Shown here: piece after piece, positions 16,230 to 20,182 of the stretch
Layout of the letters: every line of letters begins with the position of its first letter
Numbering within the stretch: the stretch's first letter is position 1
Assembly: GCA_003133025.1 (NCBI GenBank)
Contig: PKZK01000130.1
Location: forward strand, 1-20,182
Direction: 5' to 3'
Source: Vulcanimicrobiota bacterium
Lineage (GTDB): Bacteria; Vulcanimicrobiota; Vulcanimicrobiia; Vulcanimicrobiales; Vulcanimicrobiaceae
Length of the DNA stretch: 20,182 nucleotides
Notes under the pieces: generated by a model
Databases searched by the model: none
The model's input: only the letters and a program-made list of their open reading frames with translations
Told to the model about the DNA's origin: nothing
Program-made: the position numbers and the translations under genes

Positions 16230-16490
16230 ATGTCCGAAACCGACAAGCCGAATTTCCTCGAGCAGGCGGGCGGCTTTGCCGCCGACGCGACGGTCGACAC
16301 GGCCGCCGACGGCTTCATCAACAACGCGATCGACGGTATCGCGAGCCACTTGCCCGGCGGTTCCGCCGTCGATGCCGTCGTGAAGACGGGCGTCGACTTC
16401 GCGGCCAACACCGCGATCAACAACGAGCTCGGGAAAATCGAGGGCGCGTTCGGGCACCACGAGGACGCCCCGCCCGCAGACCAGAGCTAG
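16230..16490 (+). CDS. Small acidic Ala/Asp/Gly-rich hypothetical protein (86 aa)
   Basis: SD AAGGAG at 16219-16224, ATG 16230, codons mostly ending in G/C, and an internal repeat D.AA...INN. Confidence 0.8.
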   Translation: MSETDKPNFLEQAGGFAADATVDTAADGFINNAIDGIASHLPGGSAVDAVVKTGVDFAANTAINNELGKIEGAFGHHEDAPPADQS

Positions 16491-16557
16491 CCAACCTCCG
16501 GCGAGCGTGGGGTTCCCCCCCATGCTCGCCGGCGCTTGCCCGGCGTAGCATGGCGTG

Positions 16558-17034
16558 GTGACGGATGCGCTGGGCCAGCTGTTCTCGGAGCGGCTCGCCG
16601 GATTGGAACCCGACGTGCTCGGGTTGGTCTCGACGGCGGCGCTGCTGGGGTACCGCTTCGAGGCCCGGCTTGCGGCATCGTGCGCCGGCCTGAGCCGCCA
16701 CGGCGCTCGCCGCGCCTTCGAACGAGCGCGGAGCTTGGGCCTGGTCGTGCGCGAAGCGCGGGTGCCCGCCGCGTATCGCTTTCGGCACGCGCTCGTGCAG
16801 GTCGCGGTGCGCGACGGGCTGAGCCCGGAATGCCGGCGCCTGCATCACGCCCGGATCGCGGCGGTGCTGGAGGCACTGCCCGACGCGCCGTGCCGTACGG
16901 AGCAATTGGCGCACCATTGGCTTGCCGCAGGTGACGCGGCCAAAGCCGCGCTCTACTGCGAACGCGCCGCGCAGGACGCGTTGCGGCTGGGCGCGCTCGG
17001 CGACGCCGCGGCTTGGCGCGCCCGCGTCTCGTAA
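16558..17034 (+). CDS. Stand-alone STAND winged-helix/arm module, homologous to an internal region of the downstream LAL regulator
   Basis: ERLAGL...AALLGYRFE...GLV...YRFRHALVQ...HARIA...QLAHHW..AG....A..Y.E.A...AL. There is no Walker A or HTH. Start is GTG 16555 or 16558, just after a TAGCAT -10-like hexamer. Confidence 0.75.
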   Translation: MTDALGQLFSERLAGLEPDVLGLVSTAALLGYRFEARLAASCAGLSRHGARRAFERARSLGLVVREARVPAAYRFRHALVQVAVRDGLSPECRRLHHARIAAVLEALPDAPCRTEQLAHHWLAAGDAAKAALYCERAAQDALRLGALGDAAAWRARVS

Positions 17035-17089
17035 CCCATCGCGCGTTTCGCAGGGCAGGCGACGCCCGAACGGGCATCTTGGCCGCACG

Positions 17090-19921
17090 ATGCTCGTTCC
17101 GTCGCTTACGAGCCGGCGTCTCGTCGGCCGGACCGAAGAACTCGAAGCCTTGGGCGAAGCGCGTCGCGCGCTCTCGGCCGGTCGCGGAACGCTCGTGCTC
17201 GTCGGCGGCGAAGCCGGCATCGGCAAGACGCGACTGCTCGGCGAATTCGCGCGCACGCTCGGCGGGGGCCGGGCGCCGCTGTACGCTCTGGGCGAATGTC
17301 TCGAACACGCGCCGCGCCCGTTCGGCCCGTTTCGTTCGGTGCTCGTCGCCCTCGCGCGCGCCGCTCCCGGCGTGCTCGGCGAAGCCGATCCGCTGGTGCG
17401 GCGCACCTTCGAGGCGCTCGTCCCGGATCTGGCCGGTTCCGATTCGGCCGCGCCGCCGCGCGCGGTCGAGAAGTCCGAACTCTTCGCCGGCGTGTTGCGC
17501 TTCCTCGAGAAGGTCGCGGCCAAACGCGCCACGGTGATCGCCCTCGAGGATCTGCACTGGGCCGACTCGGCCTCGCTCGAACTCTTGCGCCATCTCGCGC
17601 CGCGCATCGCGGGCACGCGACTGCTGATCGTCGCGACGCATCGCGACGTCGTCGAGCCCGAGCATCCGCTTTTCGGAACGCTGGGACGGTTGACGCGCGA
17701 GGCGACGGTCCGCACGTTGACGCTCGAACCGTTGCCCGAGAGCGATTTGCGCGACTTGATCGACTCGGCGCTGGGCGAACGCTATTCGCTCGATCCCGAA
17801 CGCGTACGCGAGTTGATCGAACGCAGCGAGGGCAATCCGTTCTTTGCCGAAGAGTTGCTCAAGAAAGCGCTCGAGACGCGCGGAGGTTCTTCGGCGGCGC
17901 TTCCGATCTCGATCCGCGCGATGATCTTGGAGCGGCTCGGCGGCCTCGACGCGCAGGACCGGTACGTGCTCGATCGCGCGGCGGTGCTGGGCGCACGCTT
18001 CGAGGTGTCGGCGCTCGCGCACGTATTGCGCCGCGAACCCGAGGGCGTCTATCGTTCGCTGCAGCGGTTGCGCGACGTCGGCTTGATCCGCGAGGAACGC
18101 GCGCCGCGGCCGGAGTTCCGCTTCCGGCACGCTCTGACTCGACAGACCGTCTACGACGAATTGCTCGGTGCCGACACGCGGACGGTACACGCCGAACTCG
18201 TGGCCTTCTTCGAACAACGGGCGGCGGCCGACGACGATCGCGATCAATTGGCCTACCACGCTTGGCGTGCCGGGCTCGCCGAGCCGACGCTGCGCTACAA
18301 CGAAGGCGCGGGCGACACGGCTTTGCAGATTCGCGCGGCGGCGCAAGCCGCAACGTATTATCTGCGCGCGCTCGAGGTCGCGCCCGATGCCGGCACGCGC
18401 CTGCGGCTGCTCGAGAAGAGCGGCGAAGCCGTCGTGCAACAGGGCGACTTCGAACGGTCCATCGCGATCTATCTCGAGATTCGCGACGCGCACCTCGCGC
18501 GCGGCGACGTCGACGCTGCCGGCCGGGCCGCGATCCGCGCGGCGGGCGAGATGATGAATTCCGGCCGCAACGACGAGGCCGCCGCCACGCTCGAGGCGTT
18601 CCGCGCGGAGCACGGGTCGCGCCTGGGCCCGCAGATGCTCGACTACGTCTACGCCTCGCTGGCGCGCGCTGCCACCAACGGCGCGCGTTTCGCCGAGGCG
18701 CGGGAGCTTCTCGCCGCGGTCGCCCGGCCCGGCGACTTGCTCCCGCGCGCGCACCACATCTATTGGGTGTCCACGCTGTTTTGCGCCGAGGAGGCGGTCG
18801 ACGTCGCACTCTGGCGCCGGGCCGCAACCGCGCTGAGCGCGCGTCTCGACGAGATTCCGCCGATGATGCGCGCGCAGATCCTGCACTCGATCGGAAACAC
18901 CGGCATCGCAATGGGCGAGATGGACGAAGCGGAGCGCTGCGTGGACGAAGCGATCGCGATCGATCGCGAGTACGGCTTCACGCCCGCGCTCGTTTTTGCG
19001 ACGATGGTGCGCGGCATCATCCTGCACGTGCGCGGCCGTTTGGCCGAGGCGCGCCGGTGCGCGGAATTCGTGCTCTCCGAGCCCGAACCGTTCGTCGCGC
19101 GGGTGCAACTGGCGGCGTACGCGCCGCTCGTGGGCTTAGCCCTCGACGACGATGCTCCGGCTGCACGCTGTTTCGACGACGAGGCGTTCATGCGGCGCGT
19201 CGTCGACTCGGGTTACGAACGCCAGTATGCCGTGCTGCTCGGCGCGAAGGCGCTGTGGCTCGCGGGCAAGGGCCGCGTGCGCGAAGCGCGGCCGCTCTTC
19301 GAGAGCGCGCTGGGCAGCGCGCACCACGCCGCGGCGATGGTCAACATCTGGCCGCTCGCGGCGCGCTACGTCGACGACGCGCGACTGGACGCGCTGCGCG
19401 CAGCCTGCGCCGAACGCGCGGTCAACGCGCAGGACGTCGTGGCCGCGGCGACGCTGGATCTGCTCGACGCGCACGTCGCGCAGCGGCGACGCGACGGCAC
19501 GGCGCTCGCGTCGGCGGAGTCGGCGCGCGGGCGGTATGCCGCGCTCGGATGGCCGCTGCACGAGGCGCTGGCGCTGGAGTTGTGCGGCCGCACCGCCGAG
19601 GCGCTCGAACGCTACCGGGCTTGCGGTAGCGTGGCCGACGTTCGCCGGCTCGATCTGGGCTCGCCTGCGCCGGTAGCGCAAAGCCCCGTCCGGGCGCGCG
19701 TTGCGGGCGGCGGGCTGTCTTCGCGCGAGCGCGAGGTGGCAAGTCTGATCGCGCGCGGCCTGACCAATCGCGCCATCGCCGACCAGATCGGCGTCGGCTT
19801 GAAGACGGTCGAAAAATACATGACCGCCATCTACGCGAAGTTGAACCTCTCGAGTCGCGCCGAATTGGCCGCTCACGTGGCGCGCGACGAGGCCGGACTG
19901 CCCGCCGCAGCCGCGAGATAG
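17090..19921 (+). CDS. STAND/AAA ATPase-TPR-LuxR HTH transcriptional regulator (LAL family, 943 aa)
   Basis: LVGR..EL, Walker A GEAGIGKTRL, Walker B ALEDLHWAD, EGNPFF, FRFRHAL, TPR-like helices, and C-terminal LSSREREVASLIARGLTNRAIA...KTVEKY...YAKL...SRAEL. Confidence 0.93.
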   Translation: MLVPSLTSRRLVGRTEELEALGEARRALSAGRGTLVLVGGEAGIGKTRLLGEFARTLGGGRAPLYALGECLEHAPRPFGPFRSVLVALARAAPGVLGEADPLVRRTFEALVPDLAGSDSAAPPRAVEKSELFAGVLRFLEKVAAKRATVIALEDLHWADSASLELLRHLAPRIAGTRLLIVATHRDVVEPEHPLFGTLGRLTREATVRTLTLEPLPESDLRDLIDSALGERYSLDPERVRELIERSEGNPFFAEELLKKALETRGGSSAALPISIRAMILERLGGLDAQDRYVLDRAAVLGARFEVSALAHVLRREPEGVYRSLQRLRDVGLIREERAPRPEFRFRHALTRQTVYDELLGADTRTVHAELVAFFEQRAAADDDRDQLAYHAWRAGLAEPTLRYNEGAGDTALQIRAAAQAATYYLRALEVAPDAGTRLRLLEKSGEAVVQQGDFERSIAIYLEIRDAHLARGDVDAAGRAAIRAAGEMMNSGRNDEAAATLEAFRAEHGSRLGPQMLDYVYASLARAATNGARFAEARELLAAVARPGDLLPRAHHIYWVSTLFCAEEAVDVALWRRAATALSARLDEIPPMMRAQILHSIGNTGIAMGEMDEAERCVDEAIAIDREYGFTPALVFATMVRGIILHVRGRLAEARRCAEFVLSEPEPFVARVQLAAYAPLVGLALDDDAPAARCFDDEAFMRRVVDSGYERQYAVLLGAKALWLAGKGRVREARPLFESALGSAHHAAAMVNIWPLAARYVDDARLDALRAACAERAVNAQDVVAAATLDLLDAHVAQRRRDGTALASAESARGRYAALGWPLHEALALELCGRTAEALERYRACGSVADVRRLDLGSPAPVAQSPVRARVAGGGLSSREREVASLIARGLTNRAIADQIGVGLKTVEKYMTAIYAKLNLSSRAELAAHVARDEAGLPAAAAR

Positions 19922-20182
19922 TCGCGGCGCTCTTCCTAACGCAAGCGTTTGCGGCCGTACTCATCGCGGCGACGACCTTTGCGTCGCTCGCGCGCGATGC
20001 GACTGCGCGTCTCGAGCGCGGCTGGTTCGCGGGCGACGGTTGGCGCGAGTGTACGCGTCCCGGCTGCGCCACGAGCGCGAAGGATTGGGGCGCGGACGCC
20101 CTGACCGCGGCGCTCGCGCTGCGTTGGGAGACCGCTCGCGACCCGAGCGTGCGCGCTCCGCTGCGCGCGCTGCTCGCGCGCT
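19918..20182 (+). CDS. 5' part of a probable secreted protein, possibly glycoside hydrolase (GH76-like); runs off the window
   Basis: Open frame IVAALFLTQAFAAVLIAATTFASLARDA...GWRECTRPGC...DWGADALTAALALRW... with a hydrophobic N-terminus and protein-like composition. There is no ATG/GTG/TTG at the N-terminus. The GH76-like label is a weak recollection of similar N-termini. Confidence 0.5.
   Translation, partial: MVAALFLTQAFAAVLIAATTFASLARDATARLERGWFAGDGWRECTRPGCATSAKDWGADALTAALALRWETARDPSVRAPLRALLAR

Noticed and set aside
16555..17090. Frameshift fusion of the stand-alone WHD/arm ORF with the LAL regulator
   Set aside because: The regulator is complete from ATG 17090 and has its own WHD/arm. 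A WHD placed before the NBD would be the wrong domain order, and I saw no slippery site.
16487..19629. Very long alternative ORFs (16487..19108 minus, 17296..19629 plus) and similar ones across the window (e.g. 853..2202, 1071..2738, 4201..5514, 7743..9032, 9720..10877)
   Set aside because: They are Arg/Ala/Pro-rich shadow frames of motif-bearing genes, as expected in GC-rich DNA with few stop codons, and contain no recognisable motifs.
1..20182. CRISPR arrays, tRNA/rRNA, IS elements, prophage or recognisable anti-phage defence genes
   Set aside because: I saw no regularly spaced repeats, cloverleafs, terminal inverted repeats, or transposase, integrase or phage motifs. Both STAND-like proteins carry DNA-binding domains rather than nuclease, TIR or SIR2 effectors, so they are not Avs-type defence proteins.

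Overview
A gene-dense, visibly GC-rich (not computed) bacterial chromosomal window with about 20 protein-coding genes. I found no rRNA, tRNA, CRISPR array, transposase or integrase. In order, it holds: two translationally coupled GT-C-like polytopic membrane proteins (the first is 5'-truncated by the window and has lost most conserved motifs); a minus-strand two-gene unit encoding a single-pass membrane protein with three Ig/MG2-like repeats and a MalT-N/SARP(BTAD) hybrid regulator, preceded by a predicted three-way-junction leader; two paralogous Big_5-like lipoproteins flanking yciH (SUI1); DUF2461; YkvA/DUF1232; a MatB-like acyl-CoA synthetase; two tandem beta-propeller lipoproteins sharing an upstream bipartite motif; an FkbM methyltransferase; an SDR; a DUF4760-like protein; a phytoene-desaturase/PYROXD2-like flavoprotein; two small orphan proteins; a stand-alone STAND winged-helix/arm module directly upstream of a full STAND ATPase-TPR-LuxR regulator; and the start of a probably secreted protein with no canonical start codon. 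The gene repertoire reminds me of Ca. Eremiobacterota (Vulcanimicrobiota), but that is an inference, not a search result. The best candidates for undescribed systems are the Ig-repeat membrane protein + SARP pair, the mini-STAND + LAL regulator pair, and the active/degenerate GT-C pair. All family calls come from motif recognition by eye.
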